Positions 1 to 7,556 of a DNA stretch of 24,000 bases are shown here, piece by piece (the first letter of the stretch is position 1; each line of letters starts with the position of its first letter). The position numbers were made by a program, and so were the translations under genes. Origin of the DNA: Bdellovibrionales bacterium (GTDB lineage Bacteria; Bdellovibrionota; Bdellovibrionia; Bdellovibrionales; JAMPXM01); the NCBI GenBank assembly GCA_034002335.1, contig JAVFAU010000002.1, positions 77-24,076 of the forward strand, given 5' to 3'. Below the pieces are notes generated by a model, which was given only the letters and a program-made list of their open reading frames with translations, did not search any database and was not told where the DNA came from.

Positions 1-230
1 CGAAACTCGTCGACGGCCAAATCAAGAAGTGGATGGCGGACGTCGCCCTTCTTGAACAAGCCTACGTTAAAAACCCAGACATCAAGATCGCGGATTACCT
101 GAAAGAGACGATCGCGAAGATCGGCGAAAACATCGTCATCCGTCGTTTCGTTCGTTTCGAACTTGGTGAAGGTATCGAGAAGAAAAAAGACGATTTCGCA
201 GCAGAAGTCGCAGCACAGGCAAAGGCGTAA
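1..230 (+). CDS. tsf: Elongation factor Ts, C-terminal fragment (5' end lies outside the window)
   Basis: The reading frame of the 33..230 ORF stays open to the left edge (codons phase from nt 3) and stops at TAA 228-230. The C-terminal sequence ...[30 protein letters not shown] is typical of EF-Ts. It sits directly upstream of pyrH-frr, as in the conserved tsf-pyrH-frr array. Confidence 0.85.
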   Translation, partial: KLVDGQIKKWMADVALLEQAYVKNPDIKIADYLKETIAKIGENIVIRRFVRFELGEGIEKKKDDFAAEVAAQAKA

Positions 231-234
231 GCTC

Positions 235-948
235 GTGAGTCGTTCTTCTTTCAAGCGTGTTTTGTTGAAGTTAAGCGGCGAGGCTCTCGCTGGCGAACAA
301 GGTTTTGGCATCAACTCCTCGACGATCCAAGAGATCGCGAAGGGCGTTGCGGCGGCGGTCGATACCGGTATCGAGATCGGCATCGTCATCGGCGGCGGCA
401 ACATCTTCCGTGGTGTTGCGGCGTCGGCGAACGGCATGGATCGAGCGAGCTCTGATTACATGGGCATGCTCGCGACGTGCATCAACTCTTTGGCTCTTCA
501 AGATGCGCTTGAAAAACTAAATGTCAGCACGCGCGTGCAAAGCGCGATCGAAATGGCGGAGATTGCGGAGCCGTATATCCGCCGTCGTGCGATTCGACAT
601 TTGGAAAAGAAGAGACTCGTGATCTTCGCGGCGGGCACGGGCAATCCGTACTTTACGACGGATACCGCGGCCGCCTTGCGCGCGATGGAAATCGACGCTC
701 AGGTTATCATGAAGGCCACGCGTGTTGACGGCGTCTACGATAAAGACCCGCTCAAACACTCGGACGCCGTTAAATTTGACGAACTCAGCTATATCGAGGT
801 TTTAAATCGTCGTCTCAACGTTATGGACTCGACGGCGATCAGCCTTTGTATGGACAATAAGATGCCAATCCTGTGCTTCAACTTGAAAGACCCAGGAAAC
901 ATTTTGAAAGCCGTTCGCGGCGACAAAATCGGCACGCTCATTCAGTAA
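235..948 (+). CDS. pyrH: UMP kinase
   Basis: This is the frame of ORF 163..948. I place the start at in-frame GTG 235, 4 nt after the tsf stop. The 24 upstream codons overlap tsf and are Arg/Lys-rich filler. From GTG 235 the protein reads [26 protein letters not shown]... ([11 protein letters not shown]-terminus of UMP kinases). It is 237 aa and has [12 protein letters not shown] and VDGVYDKDP motifs. Confidence 0.93.
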   Translation: MSRSSFKRVLLKLSGEALAGEQGFGINSSTIQEIAKGVAAAVDTGIEIGIVIGGGNIFRGVAASANGMDRASSDYMGMLATCINSLALQDALEKLNVSTRVQSAIEMAEIAEPYIRRRAIRHLEKKRLVIFAAGTGNPYFTTDTAAALRAMEIDAQVIMKATRVDGVYDKDPLKHSDAVKFDELSYIEVLNRRLNVMDSTAISLCMDNKMPILCFNLKDPGNILKAVRGDKIGTLIQ

Positions 949-970
949 CGTTCAATAGGGGGATCACATC

Positions 971-1528
971 ATGATCAATAACGCGAAAAAGACCGCGACC
1001 GATGCGATGGAAAAAGCAATCGTCGCTCTTGGCAACGAACTCAAGAAAGTCCGCACGGGACGCGCTCAGGTTTCGATGCTCGACAACGTCAAGGTCAACT
1101 ATTACGGAAACCCTACTCCATTGAACCAGGTCTCTGCGGTTTCGACTCCTGATGCGAAGAGTTTTCTCATCGCGCCTTGGGAAGCTCAGATGCTGAAAGA
1201 GATCGAACAGGCGATCATTAAAAGCGATATCGGCATGAGTCCGATCAACGACGGAAAAGTCATCCGTCTGAAAGTTCCAGATCTCAACGAGGAACGTCGT
1301 AAAGAGATGGTGAAAAACACAAAGAAGATCGTCGAAGAAGCGAAGGTCGCCGTTCGCATGGCCCGTCGCGACGCCAACGAGCTTCTTAAAAAGGCTCTTA
1401 AAGACAAGGCGATCAGCGAAGACGACAACAAACGTGCTGAAACGGAAATCCAAAAGATAACGGATCAATACGTGGAAAAAGTCGACAAGATCGCAGCGGA
1501 CAAAGAAAAAGAGATCATGACGATCTGA
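971..1528 (+). CDS. frr: Ribosome recycling factor
   Basis: The product is 185 aa. ATG 971 is preceded by AGGGGGA (957-963). The sequence VRTGRAQVSMLDNVKVNYYG...PLNQVSAVSTPDA...ISEDD... is characteristic of RRF. Synteny follows pyrH. Confidence 0.95.
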   Translation: MINNAKKTATDAMEKAIVALGNELKKVRTGRAQVSMLDNVKVNYYGNPTPLNQVSAVSTPDAKSFLIAPWEAQMLKEIEQAIIKSDIGMSPINDGKVIRLKVPDLNEERRKEMVKNTKKIVEEAKVAVRMARRDANELLKKALKDKAISEDDNKRAETEIQKITDQYVEKVDKIAADKEKEIMTI

Positions 1529-1539
1529 TCGCGACGAAC

Positions 1540-2340
1540 GTGAACCAATCATCGGACTCCTCAGCATCACGCAAATCTCAGACGCTGCCTAAGCACGTCG
1601 CCTTCATTATGGATGGCAACGGTCGCTGGGCGGAGTTGCGTCGCCGCAACCGCACGTTTGGACATTTGCGAGGAGCCCGCATCGCTCGCGAAATTATCGA
1701 GACTTGTTCAAAAAAGGGCATCGGCCACCTCACGCTCTACGCCTTCAGCGCGGAAAACTGGCTGCGCCCGCTTGAAGAAGTCTCGTTTCTCATGGCGCTT
1801 CTCTCTCGCCATCTGAAGCGCGAACGCGCCAATCTCGTGAAAAACAATATTCGTTTTGCCGCGATCGGCGACCTCAAAAAACTCCCCGCATCCGTTATGG
1901 CTGAGGTCGACGAAACCATTCGTGCGACGGAAAACTGCACGGGCATGCTTTTGACGTTTGCGCTTAGTTACGGCGGTCGCCAAGAGATTGTTGAAGCCAC
2001 GCGCGCCATCGCTCAAGCAGTCGCGCGCGGAGAGCTTTCGATCGATCAAATCGATGAATCTCTGTTTGAGTCCAACCTTCAAACCGGGCGTCTTCCGACT
2101 GGCAAAACTCCCGATCCTGACCTTATCATTCGCACAAGTGGCGAATCCCGACTCTCAAACTTCTTGCTCTGGCAGAGTGCGTATTCGGAGATTCTCATTA
2201 CACCGACTCTGTGGCCAGACTACGGCGAAAAGGAATTCGAAGAGGCCTTGAACTGGTTCTCAGGACGCGAGCGACGTTTTGGCAAGACGTCTTCTCAAAT
2301 TCACGAAGAACATTTGAGCCCATCGACACCCACCCTATGA
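1540..2340 (+). CDS. uppS: Undecaprenyl-diphosphate synthase (cis-prenyltransferase)
   Basis: GTG 1540 is the only start upstream of the conserved HVAFIMDGNGRWA motif. The RTSGESRLSNFLLWQSAYSE motif is also present. The product is 266 aa. Confidence 0.92.
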   Translation: MNQSSDSSASRKSQTLPKHVAFIMDGNGRWAELRRRNRTFGHLRGARIAREIIETCSKKGIGHLTLYAFSAENWLRPLEEVSFLMALLSRHLKRERANLVKNNIRFAAIGDLKKLPASVMAEVDETIRATENCTGMLLTFALSYGGRQEIVEATRAIAQAVARGELSIDQIDESLFESNLQTGRLPTGKTPDPDLIIRTSGESRLSNFLLWQSAYSEILITPTLWPDYGEKEFEEALNWFSGRERRFGKTSSQIHEEHLSPSTPTL

Positions 2341-3152
2341 AAATTCGAGCAGTCTCGGCTCTTGTTGCAGTCCTGGCTTTCGTTCTCACTTACTGGTTCT
2401 TTCGTATCGAAGGACTTCTCGCAATCGGCGTCCTTGTAAGCTTCGGTTGCATTTACGAATACGCGCGACTCACGTTTCGAAACGGCAACTCCCGCCGAAG
2501 CTTAAGATGGTCGTTTGTTCTTCTTTGCTCGGCACTGTTCCTTACGACATTGTTTTTCGATCGACCGATCGCCTCGATCGCCCAGGCCGCAATTTATTTT
2601 TTGACGATCGTCTTATTCAACGTCTCCTCCAAAGAGGATCTCGCAAACTCCATGCAGCTCCAGGGCGTTGGACTTATGGGGTTCCTGTACGTCGGAATTT
2701 TCCCGGCGCTCGCGCTACGCATTCTTCGACTCCCCGAAGGCGACATCTGGTTTTTTGGACTGCTCGCGATCGTATTCGCAGGCGATACGATGGCCTACAT
2801 AACGGGGCGGTTTTTTGGGCGACGCAAACTTTTCGAAGCCGTCTCGCCGAAAAAAACCATCGAGGGCGCATTCGGCGGACTCTTTGGATCAGCGCTGGCC
2901 GGCATCGCCATTGCGCAGTTTCTGCCACCCGAGGGATCTTCTTGGATGATGATCGGCGCGGCTACGGTGACCGGAGCCTTCGCTCAAGTCGGGGATCTCT
3001 ACGAATCGCTGATTAAGCGAGTGGCCGACGTCAAAGACTCCGGCTCAATTATGCCTGGACACGGCGGAATGCTGGATCGCCTCGACGGCGTTTTGTTCGC
3101 GGCCCCCATTTATTTCAGCCTGCTGTCGTTCATCACAAATCGCTATTACTAG
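2337..3152 (+). CDS. cdsA: Phosphatidate cytidylyltransferase (CDP-diglyceride synthase)
   Basis: This is the frame of ORF 2211..3152. I place the start at ATG 2337, which overlaps the uppS stop (ATGA, 2337-2340). The protein is polytopic and hydrophobic (MKIRAVSALVAVLAFVLTYWFF...). It carries the C-terminal signature SLIKRVADVKDSGSIMPGHGGMLDRLD. It is 271 aa. Confidence 0.92.
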   Translation: MKIRAVSALVAVLAFVLTYWFFRIEGLLAIGVLVSFGCIYEYARLTFRNGNSRRSLRWSFVLLCSALFLTTLFFDRPIASIAQAAIYFLTIVLFNVSSKEDLANSMQLQGVGLMGFLYVGIFPALALRILRLPEGDIWFFGLLAIVFAGDTMAYITGRFFGRRKLFEAVSPKKTIEGAFGGLFGSALAGIAIAQFLPPEGSSWMMIGAATVTGAFAQVGDLYESLIKRVADVKDSGSIMPGHGGMLDRLDGVLFAAPIYFSLLSFITNRYY

Positions 3153-3168
3153 TGTGTCGCTACGGGTA

Positions 3169-3194
3169 GGGCCCATAGTCTGGTTATTGGGCTC
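3169..3194 (+). terminator. Weak stem-loop downstream of cdsA (GGGCCCA-N12-TGGGCTC)
   Basis: A 7-bp stem pairs 3169-3175 with 3188-3194, with one G-U pair and a 12-nt loop. It is followed by GCTTTA only, with no real U-tract. It lies 17 nt after the cdsA stop. Confidence 0.2.
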
Positions 3195-3199
3195 GCTTT
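3193..3199. repeat. Left copy of a 7-bp direct repeat TCGCTTT abutting the orphan ORF start
   Basis: TCGCTTT at 3193-3199 lies immediately 5' of ATG 3200. An identical heptamer sits at 3936-3942, 1 nt after the stop. Confidence 0.3.
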
Positions 3200-3934
3200 A
3201 TGTACCTCTATGCGCGCGAACCTCTGTTCACCAATCGCCTGAAGGCGCTTCAAGTGAACAAGGCCGATCATTCCGTAGATCCAAAAAAGATGGCGGAGTA
3301 CTTCAGTTTAGTTTCCAAAAATAATTTAAGCGAACTTCGATACAGCCTGTTGCCTCTGAGCAAAGTCGAACAGCGCATCTACGCCCATATCGCGAATCGC
3401 AATTTACAGATCGTTCATCGCATTCCATCAGATCGATTCCTGACCCTGATGAAGTACGAAGGACTGTTTTCTCCTCGATTTCTACATGCGAAATACGATG
3501 AACCCATATCCATCACGAATCAGCTGGTGTGGGCGACTCCAACCAGTGGCTGGTTTTTCATTAAAACGCTTCACGATCTTGAAAACCCCGACACAAACTA
3601 TCTGCCGAGTAAAGACGAGTCCGTTCGGTTTTCTCACCAACTCGTCGTCGAAAGAGACTTCGCGCCTTATTTGGCGCTTATGGCGATCTCAATTCTCAGA
3701 GAAATGCCGAATCATGATAGCCAGAGACTTTCGCAAGAGCTCTTGGCCATTTCTGACGAGGGTCAGCTCTTTACCTTCATCGATGAGAACAAACTGGGCT
3801 ACCTGGAAGTGAAGATCCACGCGGCGATCCATCTCAAAAACATCGATCGAATCGTCATCCCTCGCGCCCAAGAAAGCCATGTTAAGGCGCACGCGAAATA
3901 TCGGCGATGGGCCCCAAGGGTTTCATTCCAGTAA
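3200..3934 (+). CDS. Hypothetical protein (orphan, no family recognised)
   Basis: This is a 244-codon ORF in a locally lower-GC stretch, where long chance ORFs are unlikely. It has no Cys, no signal peptide and no TM segment. There is no obvious Shine-Dalgarno before ATG 3200, and an alternative in-frame ATG lies at 3290. It is flanked by the two largest gaps in the + strand array (47 and 186 nt). Confidence 0.6.
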   Translation: MYLYAREPLFTNRLKALQVNKADHSVDPKKMAEYFSLVSKNNLSELRYSLLPLSKVEQRIYAHIANRNLQIVHRIPSDRFLTLMKYEGLFSPRFLHAKYDEPISITNQLVWATPTSGWFFIKTLHDLENPDTNYLPSKDESVRFSHQLVVERDFAPYLALMAISILREMPNHDSQRLSQELLAISDEGQLFTFIDENKLGYLEVKIHAAIHLKNIDRIVIPRAQESHVKAHAKYRRWAPRVSFQ

Positions 3935-3935
3935 G

Positions 3936-3942
3936 TCGCTTT
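3936..3942. repeat. Right copy of the 7-bp direct repeat TCGCTTT abutting the orphan ORF stop
   Basis: TCGCTTT at 3936-3942 follows TAA 3932-3934 plus one G. It matches 3193-3199. Confidence 0.3.
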
Positions 3943-3979
3943 CGACCCAGGACCTCAGTTCAGTGATTTCTGAAGCGGC

Positions 3980-3996
3980 GCGCCGGATGAGGGCGC
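3980..3996 (+). terminator. Candidate weak intrinsic terminator after the orphan ORF
   Basis: GCGCC (3980-3984) pairs with GGCGC (3992-3996) around a 7-nt loop GGATGAG. A possible outer helix pairs GAAG 3972-3975 with CTTC 4000-4003. The structure is followed by ATTCTTCAA, which is only moderately U-rich. Confidence 0.3.
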
Positions 3997-4120
3997 ATTC
4001 TTCAATGAAACCGACTTTGAGACACACCTGAGGAGAGGAATCTCCACAAGATGGTAAAACATCTGGAGCGTACTATGCGCTCAGTCTATGATAGGGCGAG
4101 TGTTGTTAGAGGTGTAACTT

Positions 4121-5818
4121 ATGAATTTAGCGAGCATTTTCTCATACGCCGTCCCCATGATCATCATGCTTGGGCTCTTGATCTTCGTTCACGAACTCGG
4201 TCACTTCTTGGTCGCCAAGTTCTACAAAGTGCGCGTTGAAGTCTTCAGCCTCGGTTTCGGCAAGAAGATCGCAAGCTTCCGTCGTGGTGACACCGAGTAC
4301 TGCGTGGCCGCAATTCCACTTGGCGGTTACGTCAAAATGTACGGCGACGACCCAAGTGCGGAAATCAGCGAAGCCAATCGCGCCGTCTCTTTTCTGCATA
4401 AGCCCGTTGGTCAGCGTATCGCCATCGTTCTAGCCGGCCCTCTTATGAACCTTCTTTTTGCGTTCATTCTCTACACATCGATTTCGATGATCGGAGAAAA
4501 AGCGCTCTACCCTGGCATCGGCGACATCGAGCCAACCTCGGCGGCCGCGCAAGCCGGTTTCAAACCAGGCGACACCGTCATTGAGGTCAAAGACGCAAGC
4601 GGCGCCACAAAGCAGCTTGGAACGTGGTCGGCCTTCGACGCCGTCATTCAAGATAATCCATCGACGCAGCTCTCTTTCAAAGTTCAACGCTCGAACGGAG
4701 CGACCGAGATTATCGACGTCACTCCCAAGCTCGTGCCGAATCCGCACATCCTCGGATGGAAGAAAGAAGTCGGTGGTATCGAAGGCCTTTCTTTCATGTC
4801 GCGCGCTTCGACCATCGCTGTTCTATCGGCCGATGGCGCCGCCGCGAAGGCTGGCCTTCGCACGGGCGACACCATCACTAAAATCAACGCGACTCCCATT
4901 CGTCGCTGGCGCGAACTCGTTCAGTCGGCCGAGACGTTCGCCGGCAAGGCGGAAATTCAAATCACCGTTCAACGCGGTCTTCTTGAAAGCTTCTTGGATG
5001 AAAAATCAAAACCAGAAACTCTCGACTTCTCGTTGACAGTCCCGAAAGAGGCTAACGGAAAACAGGGCCTCGAAGCACTGCGTGCGCTTGGTTTTGATCA
5101 ACCCGATCTTTACTTGGCCTCCGTCGAAAAGGGCTCACCCGCGGAAGCTGCGGGCCTAAAGCCGGGCGACCTCCTGCGCGCCATTGCAGATCAAGAACTC
5201 ACGTCGTTTGACCAAGTCATGGGGCTCATCCGCTCGTTTGACGGCGAAAAGCCACTGAAGTTCGATGTCGCTCGCAACGGCGAAGCGCTCTCGCTTGAAA
5301 TCACGCCCAACGTGAAAAAGCGCATGAACAATCAGGGCCAAGAAGAGTCGCGCTTTGAAGTCGGCATTCGTCCGATGATCATCGATGATATTCCACAAAC
5401 AGTCGACATCACGACAGGCAATGTTCTCGAAGCCATGGAGCGCGGAGCGCTTCGCTCGGCCGAGGTTTCTGGCGCGGTTGTAACGGGCGTCGTTCGCCTG
5501 TTCCAGGGACAAGTTTCGTCTAAAAACGTCGGCGGTTTTCTCTCGATCGGCGAGATGGCAAAGAAGTCTTGGGGCATGGGCCTGCCTGAGTTCTTAACGG
5601 CGATGGCGTTGATCTCGATCAACCTCTTCATTTTGAACTTGCTTCCGGTTCCCGTTCTCGACGGCGGCCATCTCGTGTTCTACACAATCGAAGCCATCCG
5701 CGGCGCGCCGCTTTCGATGCAGAAGATGGAAGTCGCCCAACGTGTCGGCGCCGCCTTGCTCGTCGGACTCATGGTCTTTGCGCTCTTCAACGACGTCACA
5801 CGCTTCTTCTTTCGCTAA
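4121..5818 (+). CDS. rseP: RIP (site-2) zinc metalloprotease RseP with three PDZ-like modules
   Basis: ATG 4121 is preceded by AGAGGTG. The HELGHF (HEXXH) motif sits in the first TM segment. The LNLLPVPVLDGGH (NxxPxxxLDG) motif lies near the C-terminus. Three internal PDZ-type segments carry AGFKPGDTVIEV, AGLRTGDTITKI and AGLKPGDLLRAI. The product is 565 aa. Confidence 0.93.
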   Translation: MNLASIFSYAVPMIIMLGLLIFVHELGHFLVAKFYKVRVEVFSLGFGKKIASFRRGDTEYCVAAIPLGGYVKMYGDDPSAEISEANRAVSFLHKPVGQRIAIVLAGPLMNLLFAFILYTSISMIGEKALYPGIGDIEPTSAAAQAGFKPGDTVIEVKDASGATKQLGTWSAFDAVIQDNPSTQLSFKVQRSNGATEIIDVTPKLVPNPHILGWKKEVGGIEGLSFMSRASTIAVLSADGAAAKAGLRTGDTITKINATPIRRWRELVQSAETFAGKAEIQITVQRGLLESFLDEKSKPETLDFSLTVPKEANGKQGLEALRALGFDQPDLYLASVEKGSPAEAAGLKPGDLLRAIADQELTSFDQVMGLIRSFDGEKPLKFDVARNGEALSLEITPNVKKRMNNQGQEESRFEVGIRPMIIDDIPQTVDITTGNVLEAMERGALRSAEVSGAVVTGVVRLFQGQVSSKNVGGFLSIGEMAKKSWGMGLPEFLTAMALISINLFILNLLPVPVLDGGHLVFYTIEAIRGAPLSMQKMEVAQRVGAALLVGLMVFALFNDVTRFFFR

Positions 5819-5821
5819 GTA

Positions 5822-6577
5822 ATGCCGCAAGAAACTGCTTTTCTCTCGATCGAAACATGCACGGCCGCCGGTTCGGTGGCCGTTTTACGTTCTCCCGATA
5901 CACCCACCGAAAAGGTGATCGCGCACAACGCCTGGGTGCGAAGCCGCAGCCATGCCGAAGCCATGACACCCGCCATGGAAGACGCCGTCAAAATCGCGGG
6001 CGGCTGGAGCGCCATTAACGCCATCGCGGTCGGCATCGGGCCCGGAAGCTTCACCGGCATTCGTGTCGGTCTCAATGCGGCCCGAACCGCGGCGTGGAGT
6101 CTTGGGCTTCCTCTCATCGGAATTCGATCGACAGATGCGATTTTGGAAGGCGCGCGCGCATCGGGCCTTGTACCAAACGATCATTTGATCCTCGCGGCCT
6201 TGAACGCTCAAATGGGCCTCTATTTCGCCGCATGGACGGATTCTCAAACATCGCCCGCAAGCTCGACGGAGCCCGCGGCGTTCACACCCGAAGCGCTCAT
6301 CGCACAGCTTGGGATGATGAAAGCCAAGAAAACCATTTGTCTTCTTGGCGAAGCCGCAGACGACCTGCTGCCCCAACTAAAGTCCAGTGGACTGAGCGTC
6401 ACACGCCCCGCTTCTGATCTCGACTCACCACACGCACTGACCATCGCGCGCCTTGCCGCCCGCACTCTCGCCCAGGGACTCGCGACCTCACCCTCGACCA
6501 TAGACCGAATGTTCTCTTGGCAGTCAGTCCAGCCTCTTTATATTCGAGGCAGTGGCGCCGAAGAGAAGCTGAGATGA
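5822..6577 (+). CDS. tsaB: tRNA threonylcarbamoyladenosine (t6A) biosynthesis protein TsaB (YeaZ)
   Basis: ATG 5822 lies 3 nt after the rseP stop. The sequence LSIETCTAAGSVAVL...IAVGIGPGSFTGIRVGLNAARTAAWSLGLPLIGI is typical of TsaB/YeaZ. The product is 251 aa. Confidence 0.85.
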   Translation: MPQETAFLSIETCTAAGSVAVLRSPDTPTEKVIAHNAWVRSRSHAEAMTPAMEDAVKIAGGWSAINAIAVGIGPGSFTGIRVGLNAARTAAWSLGLPLIGIRSTDAILEGARASGLVPNDHLILAALNAQMGLYFAAWTDSQTSPASSTEPAAFTPEALIAQLGMMKAKKTICLLGEAADDLLPQLKSSGLSVTRPASDLDSPHALTIARLAARTLAQGLATSPSTIDRMFSWQSVQPLYIRGSGAEEKLR

Positions 6578-7554
6578 GTCAGAGCAACGTCAGTCAATTC
6601 AAACCAAATCCGCGGGGACAAAACCCCGGGCAATCTTTTTCTCCTACGGCGATCTGGGCGATTGGCGGCGGCAAAGGCGGTATCGGCAAGAGTTTTATCA
6701 GCTCTTCGCTTGCGATCTGTCTTACGAAACTTGGCAAATCCGTAACGCTCGTCGATCTCGATCTCGGTAGCGCGAACCTTCACACGTGTCTTGGGCTGAA
6801 GATTCCTTCGCAAACACTCTCTGATTTTATTTCGGGACGCGTGCACGATCTCAACGAGATCTCCGTACCGACTGAAATCAATGGTCTCAACTTCATCAGC
6901 GGTTTCAACGATGCATTGAACATCGCGGACCTCGATCGCAATCACAAAGAACGACTGATTCACGCTCTGCGCTCGATTCGCACTCCCTACGTGATTTTGG
7001 ATCTCGGCGCCGGCACACGCGAACCAACTCTCGACTACTATCTCGCGGCCGATCAAACAATCGACGCAGTCACACCCGAGCCGACTTCGATTGAAAACGC
7101 GAACCGATTTATGAAATCAGGCTTCTATCGCAAGCTTCGTCAGGCCGAATCGGAACTCGGCATTCAGCACCTCATCGAAGCGGCAATGGACACACGCAAC
7201 GAACTCGGCATTCGCAGTCCCGCGGATCTCATTCGTCACATCTCGCAAACGAACCCACATGCGGGTCAGCGCCTGCTCGAAAGCGTCTCAGATTTTCAAC
7301 TGCAGTTGCTTTTGAATCAGGTGCGCACGCGCCAAGACATCGAACTCGGTCATTCGATAAAGAGCGTGTGCAAAAAATATTTCGGAATTGAAGCAAACTA
7401 CCTCGGCTACATCGATCACGATAACGCCGTGTGGCAGTCACTTCGCAAGCGTCGCCCCTTGGTGATGGAGTATCCTTACTCAAGTATTGTCGGTCAGTTC
7501 TTAGGTATGACAAAGAACCTGTTGAATCCGACGCCGCTTCGCGCTGTCATTTAG
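6574..7554 (+). CDS. ParA/MinD-family P-loop ATPase (orphan, non-canonical)
   Basis: This is the frame of ORF 6517..7554. I place the start at ATG 6574, which overlaps the tsaB stop (ATGA 6574-6577). A deviant Walker A, GGGKGGIGKS, lies at 6664-6693 with the signature Lys. It is followed by VTLVDLDLGSANL, and a Walker B-like YVILDLGAG is present. The C-terminal YLGYIDHDNAVWQSLRKRRPLV resembles MinD/Mrp-type partner regions. A 25-aa Pro/Gln/Asn-rich N-terminal tail is present. The product is 326 aa. Confidence 0.85.
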   Translation: MSQSNVSQFKPNPRGQNPGQSFSPTAIWAIGGGKGGIGKSFISSSLAICLTKLGKSVTLVDLDLGSANLHTCLGLKIPSQTLSDFISGRVHDLNEISVPTEINGLNFISGFNDALNIADLDRNHKERLIHALRSIRTPYVILDLGAGTREPTLDYYLAADQTIDAVTPEPTSIENANRFMKSGFYRKLRQAESELGIQHLIEAAMDTRNELGIRSPADLIRHISQTNPHAGQRLLESVSDFQLQLLLNQVRTRQDIELGHSIKSVCKKYFGIEANYLGYIDHDNAVWQSLRKRRPLVMEYPYSSIVGQFLGMTKNLLNPTPLRAVI

Positions 7555-7556
7555 GT

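Noticed and set aside
163-234. Upstream extensions offered by the ORF track for pyrH (163), cdsA (2211), the ParA-like gene (6517) and the J-like gene (7431)
   Set aside because: Each extension overlaps the 3' end of the preceding conserved gene by 60-130 nt and encodes Arg-rich filler. Each internal start sits at or next to the upstream stop and begins exactly where family-typical sequence starts. These are GTG 235 (4 nt after the tsf stop), ATGA at 2337, ATGA at 6574, and ATG 7557 (2 nt after the stop).
938-1570. 210-aa ORF on the - strand covering all of frr
   Set aside because: It is fully antisense to a confidently identified conserved gene. The product is Arg/Ser/Phe-rich with no recognisable motif. 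This is a typical shadow ORF in GC-biased coding DNA.
3486-3892. Nested ORFs 3486..3812 (+) and 3689..3892 (-) inside the orphan gene
   Set aside because: They are shorter than, and fully contained within, the 244-codon frame. Nothing favours them over the long ORF.
3153-4120. Possibility that the orphan ORF is part of a mobile element or toxin-antitoxin/defence locus
   Set aside because: There is no integrase, transposase, terminal inverted repeat or tRNA target, and no partner gene. Only a 7-bp direct repeat and lower GC support insertion. I kept it as a finding about a single inserted gene, not as a mobile element call.
4051-4239. 62-aa ORF spanning the rseP start region
   Set aside because: It runs out of frame into rseP, has no SD, and has an Arg/His-rich tail. 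It is most likely non-coding leader plus frame overlap.
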